Source: an uncultured Bacteroidota bacterium
GTDB lineage: Bacteria > Bacteroidota > Bacteroidia > NS11-12g > UBA955
DNA length: 61,391 bases
Assembly (NCBI GenBank): GCA_937867025.1
Contig: CALMKH010000147.1
Span: forward strand, 1-61,391
Reading direction: 5' to 3'
The notes below the pieces were generated by a model. It was given only the letters and a program-made list of their open reading frames with translations. It was not told the origin of the DNA and made no database searches. Made by a program: the position numbers and the translations under genes. Every line of letters starts with the position of its first letter. The stretch's first letter is position 1. Below are positions 1 to 9,060 of the stretch, in pieces.

Positions 1-1463
1 TCTATTTTCCAATCCAGTTCCGTAAGATATTTTTCGCTTTCCGGGAATTCCCTTAAAGGATAGATTTTGCCCTCAGGCTGGCCGTAATGCCGTATGCCGC
101 TCACCTTGTTGGAATCAAGCAATATCAGCAACCTGCCGCAACGTTCCTTGTTTACGCCTGTATATTCCGCTGTATCGGATTCATTGTTGCGGATATAATA
201 TACGATTTCCGCATTGCCGTCCACCAATACCTGCCTGAGCTTATTGCTTGTATCAAAGGAATTGACCATGGTTTTTCCGGATATCTGGTTAAAGGAGCCG
301 GGTTTTACCTCGCTTGCCAGGAAAGCGCGATCCAGCACTGTCAGTGAATGTATCCTCTTTCTTTTCATTTGGATATGCATGGTATCCCCCGTTATCTGGT
401 TTCTTTCGTTCCAGAGCACAGGACCATGGTACAGGCTGATGCTTGAATCGGAAAAGTTGTAAAGAAGTGAATCACATTTGCCCTGAAAATCCTTTTGAAG
501 TATGGATGTGTGATAAAACGCCTTCAGGCTTTTTTTCAGGCTGTCGTTCTTAAAGTAAAATGAATCAGCCATCACGTACATGGTATCATCCTCCTCCATT
601 CTTGCCGCTACAGGTTTACCCGATATCATGGTCTCATCCGTCTTCTGGTAGTGAATACCGTTTTGGCCGTAAACTTCCACCTGCTCTGCCGAATCGGTCA
701 TTTTCAGGTTGCCCATCCCCCTTCCTATACCGGCTTTCTTATCATAGAACAGGCTATCCGCTGATATGGTGTTCGATTTGCTGATAATGGTGGCATTCCT
801 GCTGAATTCCGCCATTTCAGTCTGGGTATTATACCAACCGTAAGAACAGAGGATCGTATTTTCCTCGCTCACTATCCTTGTCGGACCATAGAAATACGCA
901 GTCTTGGTGGAAGCGTAATAATCGAGCGTATCGCTTTCCATTGTATAGTCAGGGCTTGTAAGCAGAACATCATCCTTGAAGTTGAATACATTGCCCCGCC
1001 TGTTGTAATACCCCCTGCGGCTCTTCAGCGTATTCTTGTCGTTGAGTATGTCTGCGCCGTTTGTGTAGAATCCCACCTGACTGGCCGTGTTGTACTGAAT
1101 GGAGGTTGTCAGGAGTGTCATTTGCTGATCGCTTAACACCACCTGTTTTCCTGTCACAATGGCTGTTTTTGTGCTTTCAGTATATTTAAGATAGTCGCCA
1201 CCCGTAAGTGTAAACGTATCCGGCTGATAAATGTGAATATGGCCGAAACCTTCAACAATGCCTTCATTGATTTTACGAATAGCGCTGTCGCACTGTATGA
1301 AAACGCCGTTATGACGGATCACGACGTTTTCAGATATGGTCATGATGTTTTTATTCTTGCTTCCTTGCGCCCTTTCACCGCTGAGTATCTCTATTTCTTT
1401 CTGTGCGCGGAGGGCGTTAATTCCGGTAAGAAACAAGGCGATAAGCAGTAATAATGATCTCAA
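1..1463 (-). CDS. OstA-like / LptD-N-terminal-like envelope protein (partial; C-terminus runs off the left window edge)
   Basis: Missing from the ORF track because it has no in-window stop. Reading the minus strand from TTG at 1463-1461, the parts I translated (both ends) are open in one frame to position 3, and no competing minus-strand ORF is listed. It begins LRSLLLLIALFLTGINALRAQ (signal peptide), then KEIEILSGERAQGSKNKNIMTISENVVIRHNGVFIQCDSAIRKINEG. The rest is beta-strand-rich, as in Bacteroidota OstA-like proteins. All listed + strand ORFs here are short shadow ORFs. Confidence 0.6.
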   Translation of the reverse strand, partial: MRSLLLLIALFLTGINALRAQKEIEILSGERAQGSKNKNIMTISENVVIRHNGVFIQCDSAIRKINEGIVEGFGHIHIYQPDTFTLTGGDYLKYTESTKTAIVTGKQVVLSDQQMTLLTTSIQYNTASQVGFYTNGADILNDKNTLKSRRGYYNRRGNVFNFKDDVLLTSPDYTMESDTLDYYASTKTAYFYGPTRIVSEENTILCSYGWYNTQTEMAEFSRNATIISKSNTISADSLFYDKKAGIGRGMGNLKMTDSAEQVEVYGQNGIHYQKTDETMISGKPVAARMEEDDTMYVMADSFYFKNDSLKKSLKAFYHTSILQKDFQGKCDSLLYNFSDSSISLYHGPVLWNERNQITGDTMHIQMKRKRIHSLTVLDRAFLASEVKPGSFNQISGKTMVNSFDTSNKLRQVLVDGNAEIVYYIRNNESDTAEYTGVNKERCGRLLILLDSNKVSGIRHYGQPEGKIYPLREFPESEKYLTELDWKI

Positions 1464-1499
1464 AATAAAGTGCAATATCTAAATAAAAATCTATTTTCT

Positions 1500-1507
1500 T
1501 ATCTTTG
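1500..1507 (+). promoter_or_regulatory. Bacteroidota-type -7 promoter box (TATCTTTG) for tilS
   Basis: Exact match to TAnnTTTG, 14 nt upstream of the tilS ATG. Confidence 0.45.
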
Positions 1508-1521
1508 TCAAAATTAATGCC

Positions 1522-2850
1522 ATGCTGCTTGCTTTTGATAATTATGTGAAGAAAAACAAGCTTTTTTCACGGGAGGACAAACTATTGCTGGCAGTAAGCG
1601 GAGGAAGAGACAGCGTTTGCCTGTTTCACCTGCTCGAAAAGAACAATTACAAGTTTTCGGTGGCGCATTGCAATTTTCAACTGAGGGGGAAAAACAGTCT
1701 GAAAGACGAGCTGTTTGTTGAAAAACTCGCCAAAAAGCATGGTGTGCCGTTTTTCAGTATGCGGTTTAATACGCTTAAGCAATCCAAAAAATTAAAGAAA
1801 GGCATACAGGAAACCGCCAGGAAACTGCGGTACGACTGGTTCCATGAATTGCTGGAAACCTATCGGTTCGATAAACTCCTGACAGCGCACCATCAGAGTG
1901 ACAATTCTGAAACCATGCTGATCAACCTGCTGCGATCAACAGGTATTTCAGGCCTTCACGGCATTCCGGTCACACACAACAGGATTGTCAGGCCACTGAT
2001 GTTTGCCAACACCGGAATGATAGGCAGTTTTGTGAAAAAAAATGACATTAAATTCAGGCTTGATGAGAGTAATCTTACCGATCATTACCTGCGAAACGCA
2101 CTCAGGCACCAGGTGATTCCCAAACTTAAAAAAATAGAACCGGACATTGATGAAGTGATGTTTTCCGTTTCGTCACAGGTACTTGAATTTGAAAAGATGG
2201 CTTTCGAACTCATCGATAAACAATGGGACATGGTGGCAAAAGTGACAGCTGATGGCTTTGAACTGCCTTTTAATGAACTTCATAAAATAAACAACTGCGA
2301 GGCATTTCTGTATTATAAATTGCGGGATTTCGGATTTAACCGGGCACAGGTGTCCTCGATCACCGATCTTGAAAACTCACAGGTGGGGAAACGGATTGAA
2401 ACCGCAGATTGGGAGCTTCTGCGGGAACGCAACGCCTACTTCTTGCTGAGAAAGGAACACGCCGCCCCACAAGCCGTGGCCATACCTGCAGACGCAAAAA
2501 GCGTTGAAATAGCCGGTTATAAACTGATTTTTAAGCATCTCACAAAAGATAAGATCGATCTGAAAAAAACAGGTACCTTGTTTATTGACAAACGTAAGAT
2601 ATCCGGCCAGCTGACAGCAAGGGTGTGGAAAAGCGGTGACCGTATGCAGCCGCTGGGTATGGAAGGCTCTAAAAAAATCAGCGATATTCTGACGGACAAT
2701 AAAATCCCGAACTCTGAAAGAAAACATCAGGTAGTGATTCAGGATGATTCCGGCAGGATAATCGCCCTCCTTCCGAAAGTCATCAGTGAAACCTGCAAAA
2801 TCCGGAAGGATACGTCTGAAATATTGTCTATTCAGCTTAAAATGACTTAA
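1522..2850 (+). CDS. tilS: tRNA(Ile)-lysidine synthase
   Basis: N-terminal PP-loop motif SGGRDS (LLAVSGGRDSVCL), 442 aa, and a TilS-like C-terminal domain (RVWKSGDRMQPLGM..KKISDILTDNKIP). Confidence 0.93.
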   Translation: MLLAFDNYVKKNKLFSREDKLLLAVSGGRDSVCLFHLLEKNNYKFSVAHCNFQLRGKNSLKDELFVEKLAKKHGVPFFSMRFNTLKQSKKLKKGIQETARKLRYDWFHELLETYRFDKLLTAHHQSDNSETMLINLLRSTGISGLHGIPVTHNRIVRPLMFANTGMIGSFVKKNDIKFRLDESNLTDHYLRNALRHQVIPKLKKIEPDIDEVMFSVSSQVLEFEKMAFELIDKQWDMVAKVTADGFELPFNELHKINNCEAFLYYKLRDFGFNRAQVSSITDLENSQVGKRIETADWELLRERNAYFLLRKEHAAPQAVAIPADAKSVEIAGYKLIFKHLTKDKIDLKKTGTLFIDKRKISGQLTARVWKSGDRMQPLGMEGSKKISDILTDNKIPNSERKHQVVIQDDSGRIIALLPKVISETCKIRKDTSEILSIQLKMT

Positions 2851-2879
2851 TTTGCAAAAACCCATTCTTAAACATATAC

Positions 2880-5585
2880 ATGAAAAAGATTACCAGCCTA
2901 TTTACATTTTTTACTCTTTTTTTTATTTGTCAAACCCTTAAATCTCAATGTGTTCTAGTGCCTTTAACCCTTGAAGAAAGGGTAAATGCCTCTACCCTTA
3001 TCGTTGAAGGAATCGTCAGCTCACAAAAAAGCTACTGGACAGACGATAACGGCATGATAATGACCTCTTCAACTATACAGATCAGTAAAATATATAAAGG
3101 CGCTTCCCTTATATCTTCCTCATCGGTTGATGTGGTGACCGCGGGGGGAACAATAGGACTGAAAGCGGTAAAAGTAGAGCCTGAGCTGGAATTGACAGAA
3201 GGCGAAATAGGCATATTTATGCTGGTGAATAAACACGGCGACTGGGTGGCTGAAAGCGGTCCCCAGGGAATCATCAGGATTGATAAACACACAGCCGAAG
3301 CCAGCGATGTGTTTAATGCGTATCCGGCCAACAGTATTGGCAATACCGTTAAGGATCTTGTCAAATCAGAGCCTGTAAATATCAATGAGTGGCTTACAAA
3401 GGTCAGGGTAAGCAGCAAAAGGGCTGCGCCGACCATCACATCCATTTCCCCGGCTACAATTACGGCGGGCACATCGACAGTGCTGACTATTAAAGGAACC
3501 AATTTTGAAACCGCGATCGATACCAACAGTGTGCAGTTCAGAAACGCCGATGATGGCGGGGCCAGCTTTATTAAAGCCTTGAAAAGGGACTACGTTTCAT
3601 GGAGTGATACCATGGTCCGCCTGATCGTAAGGGCAAAGGCCGGAACAGGAAAAATACGGATGGTGATAGGTGGCAATGGCGTTGTCACCTCCAATGACAC
3701 GCTCAAAGTATCTTATGCGCACCTGAACGTTGTAAGCGGCGATACCATCGGCTATGAAACTCAGCAGATCGGCATGAATTCAAACAATGGCATTACCTGG
3801 AAAATGAACAAGGCCTTTTTTGATTCAGCCGGCGCCAGGGGTGCATTTACCAGAAGCCTTGAGAGATGGAGGTGCGGAACATTTATCAACTGGGATACAT
3901 TGGGCCGTGTTAATCATAGCTCGATCAAAAGCGATGGCGTCAATATGTGTGCATGGGATACCAGCAGCGCTATGCCCTCAGGTGTATTGGCCCAGTGTTT
4001 TAGTTTCTGGGGAGGATGTTTTTCCCCAGGCCTCAAATGGTATGTCAATGAACTGGACATAAGGTTCAGGATCAAACCTACCACCGGCACCAACTGGAAT
4101 TATACATCCGGAAATGCCACCTCCACGCAGTTTCATTTTGAATCTGTAGCGGTGCATGAGCTCGGACATGGGCATCAACTTGGTCACGTGATCAACACTC
4201 CCGTAGTCATGCACTATTCAATCGGCAACGGGCAAACAAAACCAAGCCTTTCCACCAATGATATCAGCGGAGGCACTTACGTCATCACCAAAAGCGCCAC
4301 AGCTGTCTGCGGAAAGAACGCACATACAAAACTCAATTCCGGAAACTGTGCCATGGTGGCTCCGAACGCCAATTTCATGATGAACAAGCTTGCCATCTGC
4401 AAGAATGAAACCATAACATTTACGGATTCGTCCCAGGGCAACATTTCAGCTTACGCATGGAATTTCGGCGCTAACGCCACACCTGCCACAGCAAATACCA
4501 AGGGCCCTCATACTGTTACCTATTCGGCCGGAGGCATCAAAACCATCACATTGACCATAACCACCATACAGGGTAACCTGCAGAAAATAAAAACCGCCGA
4601 TGTAAAAAATGATGCAAGGATGGTGAGCAAATTCACGTATGTTGCCGAGGAAAAAGGAACTGTTACGTTTACCAATACCTCCAACAACCCGGTTGCAAGC
4701 CAATGGTATTTTGGAGATGGCGACTCGTCTACGGTAACCAGCCCAGTTCATACATATCCGTCAGGAGGCACATTCCAGGTAAAACTTGTTTCAACCAATA
4801 CCTGCGAAACGCGTGACACTACGATACCTGTCAAATTCGCTTGGCTCAACTTTTACACCGATAAAATTTCCCCATGCATCAATGAGGCCGTCACCTATTT
4901 TGATTCAAGCGACAATAATGCGGCTTCCTGGCAATGGAATTTTCCCGGAGGCACTCCATCAACCGCCAACGGAAAGGGACCGCATAACGTGACATATCCT
5001 TCGGCGGGATCAAAATCCGCAACGCTGAATATTACGGTTTCAGGCGCTCCGGCACAGACTTACACCAAAAACAGCATACTGACGGTCAGTAATGATACCC
5101 TCAGCAAAGCTGCCTTTATTTTCGGTTATTACGGAAAAAATATAGTAGGGTTCCAGAATACTTCACAAGGAAGCAATATGACTTATAAATGGTATTTCGG
5201 AGATGGCGACAGCAGCATGGAACAGCATCCCGTGCACCAGTATGCCAATGCAAGCAACCAGACTGTACGCCTGGTTGTTAGCGGCAATTGTTCTACTGAT
5301 GATACAGTTATCCAGCTGAGAAATTTCACCGCCCTTCAACCGGTTTCCGCAACCTTTGCATTCAGGGTTTCCCCCAACCCGGCTGATAGAAGTTTCACCA
5401 TACATTCTGCCGGTGCCGCGCCGCTTAAAGTTGACATCATCGATGCTACTGGCAGGTTGGTCATGAACAAAGAAGTGAATTCCGGTGAAAACGTATTAAC
5501 CGATATGTTGCCGGATGGCCTTTATACCCTTAAAATTCACTGCGGATCCCTGCTGGAAACTTCACGTTTAATGATACGCCATTAA
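2880..5585 (+). CDS. T9SS-secreted metzincin-like zinc metalloprotease with an IPT/TIG-like domain, four PKD-like repeats and a C-terminal sorting domain
   Basis: Signal peptide MKKITSLFTFFTLFFICQTLKSQ. Zinc motif HELGHGHQLGH at nt 4155-4187, followed by a Met-turn-like VVMHY. Four PKD-like units (WNFGANATP..GPHTVTY, WYFGDGDSS..PVHTY, WNFPGGTPS..GPHNVTY, WYFGDGDSS..PVHQY). The C-terminus FRVSPNPADRSFTIHS...GLYTLKIHCGSLLETSRLMIRH is typical of a T9SS CTD. Confidence 0.8.
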   Translation: MKKITSLFTFFTLFFICQTLKSQCVLVPLTLEERVNASTLIVEGIVSSQKSYWTDDNGMIMTSSTIQISKIYKGASLISSSSVDVVTAGGTIGLKAVKVEPELELTEGEIGIFMLVNKHGDWVAESGPQGIIRIDKHTAEASDVFNAYPANSIGNTVKDLVKSEPVNINEWLTKVRVSSKRAAPTITSISPATITAGTSTVLTIKGTNFETAIDTNSVQFRNADDGGASFIKALKRDYVSWSDTMVRLIVRAKAGTGKIRMVIGGNGVVTSNDTLKVSYAHLNVVSGDTIGYETQQIGMNSNNGITWKMNKAFFDSAGARGAFTRSLERWRCGTFINWDTLGRVNHSSIKSDGVNMCAWDTSSAMPSGVLAQCFSFWGGCFSPGLKWYVNELDIRFRIKPTTGTNWNYTSGNATSTQFHFESVAVHELGHGHQLGHVINTPVVMHYSIGNGQTKPSLSTNDISGGTYVITKSATAVCGKNAHTKLNSGNCAMVAPNANFMMNKLAICKNETITFTDSSQGNISAYAWNFGANATPATANTKGPHTVTYSAGGIKTITLTITTIQGNLQKIKTADVKNDARMVSKFTYVAEEKGTVTFTNTSNNPVASQWYFGDGDSSTVTSPVHTYPSGGTFQVKLVSTNTCETRDTTIPVKFAWLNFYTDKISPCINEAVTYFDSSDNNAASWQWNFPGGTPSTANGKGPHNVTYPSAGSKSATLNITVSGAPAQTYTKNSILTVSNDTLSKAAFIFGYYGKNIVGFQNTSQGSNMTYKWYFGDGDSSMEQHPVHQYANASNQTVRLVVSGNCSTDDTVIQLRNFTALQPVSATFAFRVSPNPADRSFTIHSAGAAPLKVDIIDATGRLVMNKEVNSGENVLTDMLPDGLYTLKIHCGSLLETSRLMIRH

Positions 5586-5686
5586 ACAAGTAATTGGTGG
5601 TGTTTTATTAACATTTTGCTATAATCCACTGGTCGTCAGATTGTTAAAAATTGACAAAAAAAATAGGCATAATTGGTTAAAAAACA

Positions 5687-5694
5687 TACTTTTG
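5687..5694 (+). promoter_or_regulatory. -7 promoter box (TACTTTTG)
   Basis: TAnnTTTG match 19 nt upstream of the ATG at 5714. Confidence 0.4.
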
Positions 5695-5713
5695 CAAAAA
5701 ATAGATTTATAAA

Positions 5714-5935
5714 ATGTATTGGACATTAGAATTGGTATCTTATTTAGATGATGCGCCGTGGCCCGCTACGAAAGATGAGCTGATAGATTATGCGATCCGT
5801 TCAGGTGCCCCAATGGAAGTGGTTGAGAACCTTCAGGAGCTTGAAGATGATGGTGAACCATATGAGAGCATTGAAGAAATCTGGGGTGACTACCCTACCG
5901 ATGATGACTATTTTTTCCACGAAGACGAGCATTAA
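5714..5935 (+). CDS. Small acidic DUF2795-like protein
   Basis: 73 aa. The pattern LVSYLDDAPWPATKDELIDYAIRSGAPMEVVENLQEL resembles the DUF2795 signature and is followed by an acidic tail. A promoter box lies upstream. Confidence 0.55.
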   Translation: MYWTLELVSYLDDAPWPATKDELIDYAIRSGAPMEVVENLQELEDDGEPYESIEEIWGDYPTDDDYFFHEDEH

Positions 5936-5940
5936 CGCTC

Positions 5941-7134
5941 TTATCCAAAAAATGCCTTTTGCCTTCTCCTCACTGGTTCTGCTTCAATTTCCGGAACAGC
6001 CCGTGACGGCTTGGGAATTATCGGTTTGGTGATGGATTGACCGATAAATTCCTCCCATTCGAATTTTGGCGCGGTTTCCCTGGTATTTCTGTATTTAGAG
6101 AGTCTGTCCGCCTGTTCACGGTATGACGGATTCAGGCATATGTACCGCTCATCATTCTCCTGCACCATCAATGTCATGCGGCTTGAAAACAATTCTTCAA
6201 ATAGCTGCCTTAATTTTTCCATATCCGGTTTCTGTCCGAAATCGTTCAGCTCAACATACCCCTTTTTCAATAAAATCTTCATGACAGGATGCTGTTGCTG
6301 AAAGTGGGCAGGGATCCCCGCATTAAAACCATTTGAGAATAAATATCCGGATACAAGCTTCTGATATGGTTTCAGGTTATTGAATTCAATGTGTTCCTTG
6401 TAGAGTTCGTTAAGAGCATGGTGTATTCTTTCCGTTTCGGACCGGAGAAATTCGAGCAAATTCCCGATGCTGTTCTGCGCATCACTGTTTGCCTTTTGCC
6501 AGTGATGAAAAAAATAATGTTCCAGGTTAAGGCTGTAACTCACAGGTCCGTATAGTTTCCATAACTGGTAATTAAGCCAGAGAAGGCTTTGCCTTTTACC
6601 GGTAAAACTGAACCTGTTGGCGGCATGCCAGTCGAAAAATGCAAAAATCGTGAATGCTGGATCCTGGAAATCCTTCAGCGAAATATTCCAGCTTCCGAAA
6701 AGTTTTTGTATGTCCGCGGGACACGTAACTGTTTCCCTGGCATGTCCTGAAAACAGGTCCATGCCTGCATTCTGGGTCATATCGCCCGTGACCAGTATGG
6801 TTTCGTAAACGATGGTGTTGGGCTTCCCCATCAGCGTACTGAAGTATTCGATGGATTTGAAGTACTGGTCTGTTTCTTTTTTGATAAGAATATTGCGGTT
6901 ATGCCTGCTTTCCAGGTACTCAGGCAACAGCAATACGTCGATATTGGAATTTACAAGACATGAATACCATGCCGACTTGACCTTCAGTGACGCATCGGTA
7001 AACCGTTTCCTGACGGATTCCGGAACCGGGCATTTGGAATACAGGACGGATAATTTTTCCAGTGATTTGCCAATGGAATTGATTTCGTCGCCATATTTCC
7101 GGTTTAACTGTTCAAATGTTTGGTTGTTGTGCAT
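5941..7134 (-). CDS. Hypothetical cytoplasmic protein (397 aa, no recognisable motif)
   Basis: Long ORF with no signal peptide or TM segment. It is the only long frame here. I recognise no catalytic motif. Confidence 0.6.
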   Translation of the reverse strand: MHNNQTFEQLNRKYGDEINSIGKSLEKLSVLYSKCPVPESVRKRFTDASLKVKSAWYSCLVNSNIDVLLLPEYLESRHNRNILIKKETDQYFKSIEYFSTLMGKPNTIVYETILVTGDMTQNAGMDLFSGHARETVTCPADIQKLFGSWNISLKDFQDPAFTIFAFFDWHAANRFSFTGKRQSLLWLNYQLWKLYGPVSYSLNLEHYFFHHWQKANSDAQNSIGNLLEFLRSETERIHHALNELYKEHIEFNNLKPYQKLVSGYLFSNGFNAGIPAHFQQQHPVMKILLKKGYVELNDFGQKPDMEKLRQLFEELFSSRMTLMVQENDERYICLNPSYREQADRLSKYRNTRETAPKFEWEEFIGQSITKPIIPKPSRAVPEIEAEPVRRRQKAFFG

Positions 7135-7457
7135 GTTTGGATTTTCAGTTACAAAATAACATAAGAATCGACGTAAAAAGGGAACCGCCTGATGCTGATG
7201 GAACCAGTCTTATAAACAAAGAAAAGGACACCGAACGTAAAAAGCCCATCAATGCCTGTAAAATATAGATTTTCGACATGTCTATAAAAATGATCAGCGT
7301 TAAAAACCGGCGGAAAACATCATATAATTTTAAATCTAGGATTAAACTTGGATTTAGGAAAGTTCAGAACCTTTCGCGGGAGGTAATAGGTTTTGGCTCG
7401 ATGTTTGCCTTATTTGATTTATAGCTAACTACTTAAACACACAGAAACTATCTATTT

Positions 7458-7838
7458 ATGGAAACTCCTGCACGAGTGCTCAAGTCACTCCGGATGATTG
7501 ACGATGAAACCGTTGAAATCCTCTACAAAGACGCTGTTACTGTAACGCGTGAAGATATGGAAGAACTTTTAGGCCATCTGTATTACTTTACCGACGGGAA
7601 ACGCTTGAAAAGACTGGTGGTATGTACGAGGAATTCGTCTCTTGAAATGACGGCCCGGCATCTCCTCCAGGAAGAAAACAAGGTACGGAAGGACACGATC
7701 ATAGCCGAAGCTGTGGTTGTAACCTCTCTTTCCCAAAAAATGATGACGAATTTCTACCTGAAGTTCATCCAGAATGTGTTTCCTTCAAAGTTCTTTACAG
7801 ACGAACAAAAAGCCAGGGAATGGCTCAAGGCGCAATAA
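7458..7838 (+). CDS. Small STAS/SpoIIAA-like-fold protein (hypothetical)
   Basis: 126 aa. Its alternating strand/helix pattern and size fit STAS-like 'DUF' proteins of Bacteroidota. The fold assignment is weak. Confidence 0.45.
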   Translation: METPARVLKSLRMIDDETVEILYKDAVTVTREDMEELLGHLYYFTDGKRLKRLVVCTRNSSLEMTARHLLQEENKVRKDTIIAEAVVVTSLSQKMMTNFYLKFIQNVFPSKFFTDEQKAREWLKAQ

Positions 7839-7839
7839 C

Positions 7840-8991
7840 TCACTGCTTTTCCAGCAGCCTGATGATCTTGTTTTTCAGTTCGGGTATATTGGTTTTCTGA
7901 GTCGCGGAAATAAATACAACCGGGGCATGTTCTTTACTGATCCAGCTCTTTTCAAACTCGGTCAGTACCGTATCAGGATGATGAGCCAGGTATTCGTCTA
8001 TTTTGTTGAACACGAGCAATGTGGGCTTGTTCCGCGCGCCTATATCAAAGAGCGTTTGCTTAACCAGTTGCATCTGACTTTCGAATTCAGGATTGGATAT
8101 GTCTATAACATGCAGCAGCACGTCGGCCTCCACCACCTCTGCGAGCGTGCTTTTAAAGCTTTCGATAAGCATGGTGGGCAGCTTTCTGATAAATCCCACC
8201 GTATCGCTCAGCAGGAAAGGTACATGCCTGCCTTCATGCGCAGTATCTTCAAATACCACTTTGCGCACAGTGGAATCAAGTGTTGCAAACAATTTGTTTT
8301 CGGCCAGTATATCCGCATGGCTCAGCAAGTTCATGATAGTGCTTTTGCCTACATTGGTGTAACCGACAAGCGCAACCCGCTTTTTATCCGACCTGTTCTG
8401 TCTTTGCACCTTGCTCTGTTTTTCGATCAGGGCCAGCTTTTCCTGCAGCTTCGTAATATTGGTCCTGATCACGCGCCTGTCAGTCTCTATTTCGGTTTCA
8501 CCGGGTCCTTTCATGCCGATACCCCCCTTCTGCTTGGATAAGTGTGTCCACATTTTGGTGAGTCGGGGCAAGAGGTATTGGTTCTGGGCTAGTTCTACCT
8601 GTGTCCGGGCCTGGGCGGTCTTTGCATTCTTTGAAAAAATATCAAGGATCAGCATGCTTCTGTCGATGATCTTGATCTCTTTGAACTCCTTTTCTATGTT
8701 CCTGATCTGGGACGGACTGAGCTCATCATCAAAAATAACGAGGTCTGCGGAATGAAAAGCCACAAGATCAACAAGTTCCTTCAGTTTACCCTCGCCAATG
8801 AATGTTCTCGGATTGGGATAATCCAGGTGCTGGGTAAGCCTTGCCGCCACCTCTGCTCCTGCCGTATATGCCAGCGCTTCCAGCTCGTCAAGATACTCCT
8901 TGAGCCTGTTGGTCTGCTCACCTTTCGGGTGTACGCCAACCAATATCGCTTTTTCTTTTTTTGTAGCGGTGTAAAAATATTCGGGTTTCAA
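7840..8991 (-). CDS. hflX: GTPase HflX
   Basis: HflX N-terminal domain, G1 GYTNVGKST, G3 DTVGFI, NKID (G4), 383 aa. Confidence 0.93.
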   Translation of the reverse strand: MKPEYFYTATKKEKAILVGVHPKGEQTNRLKEYLDELEALAYTAGAEVAARLTQHLDYPNPRTFIGEGKLKELVDLVAFHSADLVIFDDELSPSQIRNIEKEFKEIKIIDRSMLILDIFSKNAKTAQARTQVELAQNQYLLPRLTKMWTHLSKQKGGIGMKGPGETEIETDRRVIRTNITKLQEKLALIEKQSKVQRQNRSDKKRVALVGYTNVGKSTIMNLLSHADILAENKLFATLDSTVRKVVFEDTAHEGRHVPFLLSDTVGFIRKLPTMLIESFKSTLAEVVEADVLLHVIDISNPEFESQMQLVKQTLFDIGARNKPTLLVFNKIDEYLAHHPDTVLTEFEKSWISKEHAPVVFISATQKTNIPELKNKIIRLLEKQ

Positions 8992-9025
8992 ACGGGGGTC
9001 TAAAATTTAAGTTGTAAAACTGACG

Positions 9026-9033
9026 CAAACTTA
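9026..9033 (-). promoter_or_regulatory. -7 promoter box (TAAGTTTG on minus strand) for hflX
   Basis: The reverse complement of caaactta matches TAnnTTTG, 34 nt upstream of the hflX start. Confidence 0.4.
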
Positions 9034-9060
9034 CTAATTTAGCCATTTATTTAGGATTGA

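Noticed and set aside
6400-6700. Possible degenerate Fic motif (HAANRFSFTGKRQSLL) in the 397-aa hypothetical protein
   Set aside because: The spacing does not align with HxFx(D/E)GNGRxxR. Only the H and a GKR resemble it. That is insufficient evidence.
7774-8541. 255-aa + strand ORF overlapping hflX
   Set aside because: It is antisense to a gene with clear GTPase motifs. It also overlaps the end of the STAS-like gene in another frame.
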